Source of the DNA: Amphiscolops sp. MND2022
Lineage: Eukaryota
Reading direction: 5' to 3'
Assembly (NCBI GenBank): GCA_964187785.1
Contig: OZ076409.1
Coordinates: 96,412,001 to 96,476,000, forward strand
DNA: 64,000 nt
Position numbers and translations under genes: made by a program. The notes beneath the pieces were generated by a model that was given only the letters and a program-made list of their open reading frames with translations, did no database searches and had not been told where the DNA came from. Positions 26,420-38,099 of the stretch are shown in pieces (positions within the stretch are counted from its first letter, which is position 1; each line of letters begins with the position of its first letter).

Positions 26420-27120
26420 TCATCTCACAAAAATTCGCACGTTTTCTAGAAAATGCGCCGTCGGAAAGAAATCATAGATTTCAGGAAAGTTGTTCAAAAG
26501 TTCTGAAACTGCTTTAATTGTCAAAAATGGGCCTATTAATGATTCAAATGCACAATCCTTCTTAAAATCCAAATGTCATCCAAACATGAAAAATCAAAAC
26601 AAAATGACTGATAATTATGCCTAGAAGAATTGTATGCACTAATTTTTAAAATCCTATTCCCAAGAAGTTTCACGAGATTCTATTTCCATCAGAAAGGTTC
26701 CTATTTCACAAGAAGGGGTTAGGTGAACAACCAATTAGCTTGGCTAGTTGTCTCTTCAATTTCGGCTCAACACGATTGATCAAAAAACAAAAAAACAATC
26801 TATATTCTTTTACTATTGATAATCAAATAGAATCTGTATAATCATCAAACAAGTTTGATGAAACCGGCTAAGATCGCGAATCACAATCCTAGGTTGAATG
26901 GTTTCCGCATTTCATGATTTGAGTATGGTTTGTTTACTTAAAGCAGACCCCCGGAAGGATTAAAAATACACATCGTTTGAAAGTTCTTTTGCTTCAAAAA
27001 CACACTTCAAATGTTGAAGGATGGGCAGCAGCGTTCAAAGTTGCTGTGAAACGTTTGCTCACCAATTTTTGCAAAATTTTTTTTAGTTCACATAGTATAA
27101 CACTTGGATGCTCATTTTTC

Positions 27121-27350
27121 ACTAGACGAACCAAAAAAAAACGAAACACGCGGCTTTTCTCAGAGGAGCAAAAAAGTTCGCAATAAAAACTAAAAAGAAG
27201 AGATCGTCAAAATCTCAAGACTTTTCTGATGGTTCGAACTATCCTCAATTAAAGATGAGATTACAATAGCAAAACTTTAAGTGTCTCGTTCACAAATAAT
27301 ATTTTCAAGACGCAAAATTTTGTGCGTTCCGTTTTTTTGGTTCATCTAGT
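27121..27350. mobile_element. Small MITE
   Basis: TIRs ACTAGACGAACCAAAAAAA / TTTTTTTGGTTCATCTAGT. Confidence 0.6.
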
Positions 27351-28239
27351 ATACATGACACTGGGTCAAAACTAATTCACATGTACTTTGGGGAATTGGG
27401 CATTCAAATTTTTCCAATGAATTCTTATTCAACTACTTCTCACTATTTGGCTGCTGCCGTTTTTGCCTGCATGCATTTTGTTTAATAAAAGAGCTTTTTA
27501 TGTCATTGTGTGTTAGCTTTGAGAAGCCAAATATTGAATTTCTTTGGTTTTCTGCTCTTTGAAACGTCTATCACTAATCGTAAATTGAAAGAGGACGTTT
27601 GTTTCGCAGAGCGCCATAAAGACTTGAAATTCAACTGTTTTTTTTTTCACATAAAAGTGCGTCGAAAGCGGACCGGCTCTAAGGAAACCGGTTATACGGA
27701 TTGTAGTTCAACAATACATGTAACAAAAATCACAGGAAGCTTTTCCTCGAAACCAAAGGAATCAGAAACAAAAGATTAATGAAAAAACACACAAAACAAT
27801 ATTCTCGCACCGAGCTACCAAAAACAATGCAAAATGGGTCGCTGCGGAGGCAAACACAGCGTTTCAGATGACGCGGTTTGACGAATTCGCAAAATGGGCC
27901 CATTTAGGCTTGAGAAACATTAGAAAACGTGATTAAAAAGTGAAACATTGGAATCATTCAGTCGCAATTATACTCAGATTAGCTATACAAAGATTGCCCG
28001 GTCGGAATTATGAATAGCGATGAAGCAAGCAGATGGTAAGAAACGGATTTCACACCATTGGTTTTGCGATACCTATAAAGTGACACAGAAAATGGTTTTT
28101 ATGAAAGATTTAACAGTTGCATGGGCACAGACAAAGCCGAGAAGTGGCGTTTTAAGGATAAAAAATGTAAACGAGAGCAAAAGTGTTTCAAACCAGTCTT
28201 TTGAAGTCTCGATTATTTTTGGCCTCACTGTAGATTTCA

Positions 28240-28730
28240 ACAAGCCGGGAACGGCCCAAGTCGGCGCCATATCTAAGGCTCAAATATCGCAAAAGGACTT
28301 CAAAGTGTCAGAGTGTTCTTCTCTACAGCACCCAGAATTGTTTTTTGAAAAAAGTCTCACAATGCCAAAAATTTGAAAGGGGGACTTTTTGGGATTTATC
28401 AACAACCATTCTGTCGCAAGACTCAAAAAAATGAAAGGGTGACCCTTTGGTGGAAAAAAAGTTTCGTAAAAAAAGTAGCAGAATGCCAAGAAAAACTGAA
28501 AGGGGGACCCTTTAGTCTCGATCGGTATTGTATGTTACACGGGAAAAAAACGAAAACCCTTTTGGGTTCAGTTCCTTGGTCCAACAGGTACATTTTGGCG
28601 CCTTTCTTTAAATTTCGTAGAAATTTTGGTAGAATTATTTTTTGGTCACACCAGGTGTATCGAAAAAAAACACTGACGAAAATTCATGACTCAATTCGAC
28701 TCTTTTCTCAAGAAAAACGCCGACTAAAAA
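28240..28730 (-). mobile_element. HINE-like repeat, copy 5
   Basis: ACAAGCCGGGAACGGCCCAAGTCGGCGCC ... AAACGCCGACTAAAAA. Confidence 0.65.
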
Positions 28731-29259
28731 GAAAACAAAATGAACATTTGAGCGAAGGATGCAAAAGATTTCTCTTCGGAAAAGATTTCCCTATTGACTT
28801 ATAGATTACTGAAAAAGAAACGGCTGAATTTGGTTTTTAATGACCTTTCATTCAAAAACATGATGACGTCTTTGATAGAGTATAATCCATTTCAGCCTTT
28901 TTTTAATCTATTGTGTAAGAATAAAGGTTTGAATTTGGACAAAAACCGCAGCTGTAACGGTATTCTATAACGAAAAAAAAATTTACAGTTTAGGACTAAA
29001 AACATAATATTTAAGTCTAGTATCACTGTAAAAATTGTAAAATTTATACTACTCTGATCCTAATTCACCAGGCTGCCATGCAACTCCATGCATGGAACCA
29101 TGTGATCGGCTGAATTCCATGCGATTCCACGCATGAAATCATGTCAGTCTTGCTTCCCATGTTTCAATGCATGCAATCATATGCATCAAAAAATAAAAAT
29201 TCAAAGTAGTCGCAATTTCAAACGTTCCAGTTTGACCGTGTATTCTTGAGGAGAATAAC

Positions 29260-29390
29260 AAGTAAGGCCGTTTGGTATGGGAGAAGAGAGAAGTTAATTT
29301 CCCCATTACCGCGGGGTGGACGCCGAATAAGCAGTTCTGCTTTTCTAAGTCGGCACCCTTTCGGATACTAACTCCCCATAGCAAGCTATG
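29260..29390. repeat. Dispersed repeat with an inverted copy at ~33765-33865
   Basis: GGGGTGGACGCCGAATAAGCAGTTCTG...CCCCATAGCAAGCT matches the reverse complement at 33765-33865. Confidence 0.7.
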
Positions 29391-29585
29391 GTGCCATTTT
29401 TACAGCCAAGTTGTCAAGCAATGGTGGACTTGAAGCTGTGGTTTCAAAGTGACTTGCTCAAGGTCACAAAGGTCTGACTGCTCACCGTTGCTCTTTTTGT
29501 TTTGCTTTTCTCCGCCAAATGCGTTATTTTTTGTCACTAACCATACCACTAAGCTAGGGATGAAGGACTTGCTTGAGGACCAACA

Positions 29586-29663
29586 ATGGTGAGTTGAGAG
29601 AGATTCGAACCTGATACCGCCCCAGTACAGGCCGAATGCTCTAATCACTACGCCATGCACCCC
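29586..29663 (-). repeat. tRNA-derived remnant
   Basis: Minus strand reads TGGCGTAGTGATTAGAGCA ... GGTTCGAATCT. Similar decayed remnants occur at ~30090-30155, ~31015-31095 and ~31585-31660. Confidence 0.5.
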
Positions 29664-31169
29664 ACTTCTGGGAAAATGTAGAGAAAGTGTATGAAGAGTA
29701 TAACTGTGGATGCTGTTCGTGATATTTTTGAGTCACACTAGCGGAGCGCCTCCAAACTCTCCCCACAAGAACTTAAGTTCCAAAAATTTGCAAACCGAGT
29801 CCTTTTCTTCAACCAATATTTTGACTTTTTAAACTACTTCTCATTCTCTTGCGTTCCAATTTTGCGATGCTGACCTTGAGAGTTCCAGTGGTTTATGTGC
29901 TATTTAGAAGCGTTTCGCCAGGGCTCCATATGATTCCATACGATTCCATGCATAGAAACGGCATGAATCTATAACCAGCCTTGCATCATATGATTCCATG
30001 CATGAAAATGGTTAAAAACCTTTTCTCTCAAAACCATAACTGTTGCAAAGCAAATACCAATAAGATTAAATCCAAACCGATGAATAATAAGACTAAGTGG
30101 TTAGTGCGCTAGCTTCGGACCATAAGATTTCGAGTTCAATTCTCGGAATCGGCGGATCCTTTGATAAAAATACTAAAATACCGTTTCTACAAAATTATTA
30201 TGTTTGATATATTGCTATCTCGAAACTTTAATTTGTTTAATAATATTTGTAAACAATAATTTGCTATTTAGTCAGTTGTATCAATTTATTCATTGTCAGA
30301 ATTGTACGCCATTATGTTGCTCTCGATAGAACGAAATGGTTTACCAATAATCTTTGGAAAAAAACGAACTGTACTCACCCGAAGGCTTACAGTTTTACAA
30401 TAACTAAAAGTAGTTAAAGATAGCAATAATTGCACAATTAACAGAAATTGTTAAGACTCGATAATCTAGCGACGACGAAGTTTCTGGTAATCATGAAATC
30501 ATATGATTCAAAGCATGGAATCGCATGTTCTACTGGATCCGGGTATACATGTAGACTTAGCGGATTGATCAAGACTTTCCTGAAAAATGTGAATATTCCG
30601 AAACCAATAGGAATCCAAAAACCATCTTCACTTCAACAGTTGTGTTTACTGGGTAGAAAAAATTATCTAGCTTATTCCTTGATGAAAGATTAAAGAACAA
30701 ACCTCTATACCAATTGGAATTCAGGGTATGAACAGGAAACTATTGAAAAAACCCTGAAATTTCTCAAAGACTCAATATCACCGATTGAATTAGGAAATTT
30801 TCAACCCATTTATTGTGCCTAAACTGAGTGAGTGCTTTACTGAGATAGCATTTCAGCTAGTTGGGGTTCAAAGACAGTGTTTAAAACGACAGGTTGGTCG
30901 CAATCGTGAAAAACTATTTTTGTGTTCCAATTAGATATGAATTGAAAAATTCTTTGTATTTTAGTCAGTAAACGTTGGGAGACTCCTTCAGTAGTAGCAT
31001 TTTTCGCTGCTATCTCAGGCTCAATAGCCTGGAAAGGAAGCCATCGGCTATTGAAGCCGAAGTACTGACACGGGTTAAGATCCCGCTCAAGGCCATAAGA
31101 TTTTTTGGGTATGACGTTGATATAGTGGTATAATCAGGATATAACGTCAAAAGTCGTTTGCGCAAAGAA

Positions 31170-31455
31170 TTGATCTCGACATAAACCTTTCCATTACATT
31201 GACATGAGTTAAAAGTTGGATTTTATAGCGGACAAAATTTGCGCTGAAATAGGGGCCTTTTTATACAATTTTAGCTTGTTCAAAACGTGGATTTCCGCTA
31301 TTTTGGACAATAATATCAAAAATAATAGTAATTTTTCCCTGAAGTGTCCAAACAGTTGTAGAGACAATCCTCTAAGTTTATACATTCATATAATATTCTC
31401 TTATTAGTCAAATATTTTTTATTCAAGAACAAAATGTGCTTTCGTGTTGCGGGGG
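31170..31455 (+). repeat. Dispersed repeat, second copy at ~55235-55525
   Basis: Shared blocks GATTTTAT(A/G)GCGGACAAA...TTTAGCTTGTTC...GCTATTTTGGACAATAATATCAAAAA. Confidence 0.7.
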
Positions 31456-31809
31456 GGGGGGGGGAAATTCCCAAATTGGTGTACCTAGGGGGGAATAGAT
31501 GACGTAGTCCGAAGTATTTTTTCAAAAAATAGCTGCGCAGTGCTGAAAACACCAAAAAGGGGGTGTTCAACCTAAAATTTTCTGCCCTTGCCCGGATTCC
31601 GACCCCCGACTTCTTGCTTGGAAAGCACGCATCCCAATCACTAAGTTAGAGGCTAAGTTGCAGCGTGAACAAAGTCTGTTCGAAAATTCTGTTCACACCG
31701 TTCAGTGATGTTCCGATAAAAAACTTGCCACAGTAAGAGTTGGGCACTTTTTTTACTCAAAAGCGCCCACTAAAATGGAAAAAGTGAAAAAATTCAATTG
31801 GGCAGAACT

Positions 31810-32299
31810 CAGGGGTGTTCAATAAATAATTATGGGTAAGAATAATTATAATAAAGAAAATAAAATAGTTTATTTTTACACTCAATTATTTCAGAATATT
31901 TAAGAATAAAAATAACTATTTTTGGACCTGTTAAAATAAAATAATTATTCTTGAGGTAACTAAAACTAAGAACACAGCATTTGATTCAACGTATCGTCAG
32001 CCAATTAATTTCGAACATACAGAAATCTTGAGCTAATTTCTAAAAATACCAAAAATACCTTTATTAAGTACCTTGGGCTACTGACTCAAAAGGTCGAAGA
32101 GTCCATTGAAAAAGCCCTGTCCTGTTTTGGCCTGATTATGGATGGCTGATTTAAGTTTTTGTTGATATCCGTTTTTCGCTGAGGATAACAATAATTATTT
32201 TGGCAAAAAATAATAAAATTATTATTTCCTCTACCCTGGAAATAGAATAATTTATTTTAAAGCAATAAAAATATTCGAATAAAATATTGAACACCTATG
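31810..32299. mobile_element. hAT-type MITE
   Basis: TIRs CAGGGGTGTTCAAT / ATTGAACACCTATG with 8-bp TSD GCAGAACT (31802-31809, 32300-32307). Confidence 0.85.
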
Positions 32300-32746
32300 G
32301 CAGAACTGTTAGATTTTTGCTTCAACTTTTTTGATGAATCTGATACCACCAAAAAATTGGAATCAAAACGAACTCGAGGCAAAGCGATTAAATTTAAAAG
32401 AAGGTACTAATCTAAGGTAACAGAAGATTTTATGTCGGAATAATATTCAATGAAATTTTCTGCGATATAAGAGGCATCTCTTTCACCAATTGATGGTATT
32501 TGATAAATTTTTCCGGGCACTATGAGTGAGTCGGTACGGCGGACCCATTTTAAGCGTTCGTATGAAAAGTTCAAGTTTACTCGGGAATATAGATTGGAAA
32601 CACAAGTCATTAAATTATCAGATCTCTCCAATTGACCCATAGGTTCCGAAGCTGATTTTGGTTTCCAGGCTTTTGAATTCGAAACTTCCCCAGTTGAGCT
32701 TGCTCGAAAGTTTTGCTAGCTGCTTTCATGCCTGCTAGATTATTTA

Positions 32747-33081
32747 CAGTGTATGGCGCTGAAAATTTAATGAAAGTTATTCAAAATTTCCACCGCTCGG
32801 TAGCAGCTTGTTTTTGATTGGTTAATTAAATAAAATATACAATCAACTTTTCACAAATAGCCATTCAAGATTATAGAAAGAATGAAAATGCTGCTTCGCA
32901 TAGCGACGCTACAACTTTCAATCTTAATTACACGCTGCATGTGAGCAGTGTCTGCAGAGGGATTACTAAAATTCAATGTCGAGTTTGAAATTTTGATTGT
33001 CTATTTAGAAAATTCAATCTTTCTTTTGATTGGTTCTGAAATTTTGATTGTCGTTTAATAAATTTTCGGCGTCATACACTG
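32747..33081. mobile_element. Tc1/mariner-type MITE
   Basis: TA|CAGTGTATGGCGCTGAAAATTTA ... TAAATTTTCGGCGTCATACACTG|TA. Confidence 0.8.
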
Positions 33082-33096
33082 TAATTACAAAATAAA

Positions 33097-33388
33097 TAAG
33101 CCGGGAAAGGCATAAGTCGGCACCCCGCTTAAGGCTCAAAAAGCTCAAGTACTTCCAAGTGTCAAGGATTCTCTTTTGAATAAATTCTCAATTTAACAGT
33201 ACCAAGAAACCCAAAGTACTCCGGATATGACGTCAAAATACAGATACAGCGTGCGTACCCATAGGCCAAGTGGCACTTAGAAGTTACTAAATTAACTTAT
33301 AAAAATGCTTACAGAAATCTGTCAGTTCGCAAGTATTAAAAAAGCCACTGCTATAGTCGGTTCTTTTCTTCGAAAAGCGCACACTAAA
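33097..33388 (-). mobile_element. HINE-like repeat, copy 6 (short variant)
   Basis: AAGCCGGGAAAGGCATAAGTCGGCAC ... GAAAAGCGCACACTAAAA. Confidence 0.55.
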
Positions 33389-36162
33389 ATTGAGCGACCC
33401 TGTAATTCATAAGAATTGAGCTGCAAGTAAAAACAGAACTAATGCACATTAGGACTTTTAAAAGTTCACGACTTGGCATTGCCGCCAAATTCAGATAGTG
33501 TTTCTTAAACATGTTGACATAACTTTTATACAACAGGGTAGTTTTGTGCTTGAAAGTTTCTGCCAGCGTTTTATCATGGCAAATCTGATTGGTAGACTGC
33601 AAAATTCTTGTGAAAAGTTCAAGCAGGTTCAATTAAATTTCAACTATGCCGTAGCGTTGATAACTTGGACTGAAAGCATTCGAGATAAAATTGTGTTATT
33701 TTTGGGGAAAAAAGGGGCAAGTCGCTTTGAAACCACAGCTTCAAACCCACCATTGATTGACGACTCAGCTTGCTATGGGGAGATAGTATCCGAAAGGATG
33801 CCGACTTAGAAAAACAGAACTGCTTATTCGGCGTCCACCCCACGGAATTGGGGAAATAAACTTTCTTCTTTTTGCATTCATTCTTATTTAACATAGGAAA
33901 CTGGGAACATGTGTCAAAAGTGTATAAATTCCGTTTTCCCTTCTTTACCGCTATATATGGAGATTCACCCATATTCCCACTTTATGACCAAATTTAGCAA
34001 AAAAATCAAATGTAGGCGTGAGGAAATTTCATTGTCATAAAATTACCCCTCAGTGTTTTTATAATTCTTACGTCAATGAAATTACTCGTTGGAATGGTTT
34101 TCATGAAAAATCGCGATATTTAGCAATTTCATCTGAATTGACGTATATTTTCCATTTGTTGTTTTTATATTAAACTTTTTTTTCGGTTTCAGTTACAACA
34201 GGTAAAACGCAGGATGTCATTTGTATAAATGGCAATTTAAAGAAAAAGGTTATTCAAAGATCAACGATCTTTAATTGACAATATTGAATGAAATGAATCT
34301 AACAATCAATGTGACCAACTAAAATTTTCAACCTAATTTATATAACGTTTGTTTTTTTTCAGTTAGATTACTCAGTCATAACAAATCCCTGTTTAACGAA
34401 GCAGAAGACGGAATAAATCTGACAAATGATGTACTTAATAAGCTAAACAAGACATACCCTGTGTGATTCTGTAAAGTCTGTGCATTAATGAGTAAATGGC
34501 ACAAAATCTAAGAGAGAAATCACCAAACAAAAAATTCACTTTTCCGGCAAATGTGTTCATTCTCAATGAATGTCTTTTCAAAGCACCTCCATTTTTGGAG
34601 AGGAAAATTACAAACCAACAGAAGTACTGATGTGAACATGATCAAATTACTTTTTCCCACCGTTTTTCATACGTTAGTAGAATCAACAGCGAGTTACACG
34701 GTGCAACAATGCATTTTTTCATGGAGGCTATTTTCTGACAATTATCAAAGTTTTTTTACTTTTTTCCCGATTTTTTTGAAATCCTGCTTGAAAATTTTTT
34801 CGTACGCTATCGTTGGTTGCATGGATGTTTTTCAAGTGCAGTGATATTCTGGCAGGATTCTTCCAGAGGCAGACTTTTTAAACTAGAACGTTTTTTTTCT
34901 ACGCATTGTGAAATTTCTACATTTAAACCTGAAATTTTCTCAATATGTCTATTGTAGTTTCATGAATTGGCTGAATTTCAAAATCCGATGGACTGAATTA
35001 TTCACAAATCTGGGATTTCAGTTTTCCGCAAACAAAGTAGAACTGTCGAAATGTTTGAAAAATGCTGCGATATGAACATTTTTTTAAAAATAGCCGTTTT
35101 AAAAAAGTTTTGATAAAATTAGTTTCCATCAGAAAAGAAAAATCAGCAAAGCTTTGGTCAGATCGACGAGATTATTTGCTTCTCAGGAAACGTAGATAAA
35201 TTTGTTGACGTCATTGTTAGCAACTACGCTGACAAATCTACCCGGGTAGGCAATGAACTCATTACCGACGTCGACCATCGAGATTGGCATTTACAGCTTT
35301 TCAGGTGACCACCGATGGAAATATGGCTTGTTTTATAGTACATACAGCAAAAACTTTGGTACGAACCCGTCCTAGTTCAATCTGCTAATCTGCTGGGAAG
35401 TTTTTCATACTGCTTTCATGGATGCGAGGCAAGTTTTTTACAAAACAAAGAAAATTCCGGCAGCCTGTTTAGAAAAACTTCGTTAGGATAACAGTTCAGA
35501 TTTCACTACTTCAAATAAAACTGAAAAAATCCACTTCTTTGCTGTCTTCATCACTTTGTTTTCACACTTCATTTATTTTATATTAAATTTTGTTATCTTG
35601 CTAAATACATGTAGATGCAAAATTTCGATAAATTTTAGAAAACCACCGTTTGTCAATATGCATGCTGAAGATGGCTCACTTTTAGACTTATAACGTGACT
35701 GAAGATGATTCGCATTGAAATGGTTGTGAAAGCTTCATTGAGAGTTCTACAACATCATGATGATATGATTTAGTTTGACAACCTACAAAAACTCATAAAC
35801 AAATTAAAGCAATTTCAACCAGCGTATAATCTACTTATTGACAGCGCAGAACTGAACAAAAACTGCGGATCTCTTTCACTGTATCCCCCCTACAGCAAAA
35901 AGGGGGGACACAGTGAAACGCTATTAAATACATTTATTGTACATTCTAATAGCGCATATCTGCTCTTAGCTAACAAAGTTTCTGATTGGCTGAGGTGGGG
36001 ATTTTGATAATAAGAACCAATAAAAAGTGTCGTTAGTTATGACGAGATCAATTGATTGACAGAATAGCATGAGAGATAAGCCAATAGGAGATGAACATAA
36101 ATGAGCCACAAAAATTCTTTTTCTCTAGGGGGGACATAGTGTTACGAGTCATATAGGGGGGG

Positions 36163-36977
36163 TGTCGCAGGCTGCCGCCTGTGACGGTACCTTAATAACG
36201 ACAACAGCGACCAGCCAGGAGACATTGCCCGGAACTTTGCCTACATTTTAAACAAGTATATCTTGTATTTCAAAACTTATTTTTAGTAACAATATTTGCT
36301 CTATAAATACTAATAAAGATTGAATTATAAACGGCTTCGCTGTTATTCTTCCGTATTGAATAATTCATTATTAATTCGGAACCGTTTCTATGCCTACTAC
36401 TAGAAAACAGAAAAAGGCAAGAAAGTCAAGAGGACTCGAGATGCTGTCTGATATCGAGAACATAGACATTATGTTAGGTGAAAATCACTTTAGCGCAAGA
36501 GAGAGAGAGAGGGTAGTTTGAACAGCAACTTGCCTAGAAGGTCTAGAAGCTTCGCAAGCAATGAATCTGAGAATGAAAATGGAAATGTAGGTAGAAATCA
36601 GAGAAATAATCACTCTAGAACAAATACCGAATATGATCAGAATTCAGTTACAGCCAACTCTAGTGCTGAGATCAACAGATTGTCAAGTGAATTAAATTCC
36701 CGCATTTCACGGGAAATGGATGAGATGATGAATTCTGTGAGTGTTCAGATTCAAAGGGCCATAAGTGATGCGATAAGTACTCAGGTACTTCCTCAAATCC
36801 AAAACGTTATTATGGCCGGATCGGGACACGGAACCAGAAAAGGATGGGACGTTCCGTCCGAGAGACCTGAACTAAACTCCGATGTTCAGAGAAACCTAAA
36901 TACAAAAAATAACTCAAGGTATGAACAATATGAGAATCAATTGAATGATGATTACCCTGAGCTAAACGCTCATGACA
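36163..36977 (+). repeat. 5' LTR of element 1 (815 bp; lacks 933 bp present in the 3' LTR)
   Basis: Matches 49546-49684 and 50618-51289, joined by a 6-bp filler TATAAA at 36302-36307. Confidence 0.92.
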
Positions 36978-36989
36978 TGGTGACAGGAG
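36978..36989 (+). promoter_or_regulatory. Primer-binding site TGGTGACAGGAG
   Basis: Immediately follows the LTR terminal CA. One mismatch from the common tRNA-Leu type PBS TGGTGTCAGGAG. Confidence 0.75.
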
Positions 36990-38092
36990 ACAACGAATCT
37001 CCAAATCAAGTTCCTGAGTTTCTCACAGGACGAATCTCATCCAGAAATCATCTCGACAGGTCCTTTGAGGACATCAACCTCGACACGACGATCCCAGCAC
37101 AAGAGAGAATCGCTACGGCTACTAACTCCGACCCTATCACTCGACTGGCAGACGTCTTGACTACAATGCAGAATAGACCGACAGCCCAACAACTCACCAT
37201 ACGCCCAGTCAACTCAAATACCATGACATTCGATGGCAAAAGTGAGAAATTCGAGCTGTTCGAAGACCTATTTCACACTATGATCAAGATGCAGCCAGAA
37301 ATGACTGAGCAAATGAAGATCAATCACTTCCACTCTTTATTGAGGAAGAATGCTCTTCAGACATTCAGAAACATCAGCTCAAGCAACCGACAAACTCTAG
37401 AGGACGTATTAGTCCTTTTTAGACGAAAATACGTCAAGCCCCAGTCACAGGCGACTGCCAAACATAAATGGCACCGCCTGGTCTTCGATCCCAATACCAT
37501 GAAACTGCCTGATTTTCTCGAAGAATTAAACCAGGGAGCCAAGAAGGCGTTTGGTGATCATGCGCAGAAAATGATTGACAGCTTGCTTTATGCAAAACTG
37601 CCACAAAAACTGAAGCGGTCCGTCAACATGGCCAGATTAGAAAATGGCTCCTACGATGAGATAGTTGCTCATTTGGAGAGAGAATTAGAACTTAACGCCC
37701 TCGAGGAGTCAGATTACCTACCAATGGCCACAATGACCTCCTCGACTACAAAATCTAAAACTCCCTGTCCACTGGGCAAATGTCAGACATTACTTGCAAT
37801 TACTGCAAGGAAAAGGGCCACATGGTCAAGGACTGCGAAAAACTGAAAAAGAAAAAAGAAAAAGATGCCCAACAAGGCAAGTCGACGCAGAGAAAACATA
37901 TCCGGAGTGTGGCACTTGTGGGAAAAAGAACCCCCCGGAGGAGAGATGTTGGCAAGGTGCTGGTGCACATCTTAAACCCAAGCGCACTAGACCTGAGGAC
38001 TCAACTGACAATAAGCCCAATCCCAAGGCTCAGAAACCTCAGACCAAACCGACATCATCGGGCTCCCAATCCTCATATTCTAATGATGAGTC

Positions 38093-38099
38093 AAAAAAC
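38093..38099 (+). promoter_or_regulatory. -1 ribosomal frameshift slippery heptamer A AAA AAC
   Basis: Sits directly before the gag TAA, and the -1 frame is the pol frame (CTA ATT TTG CCA). The same signal occurs in element 2 at 10149-10155 (-). Confidence 0.85.
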
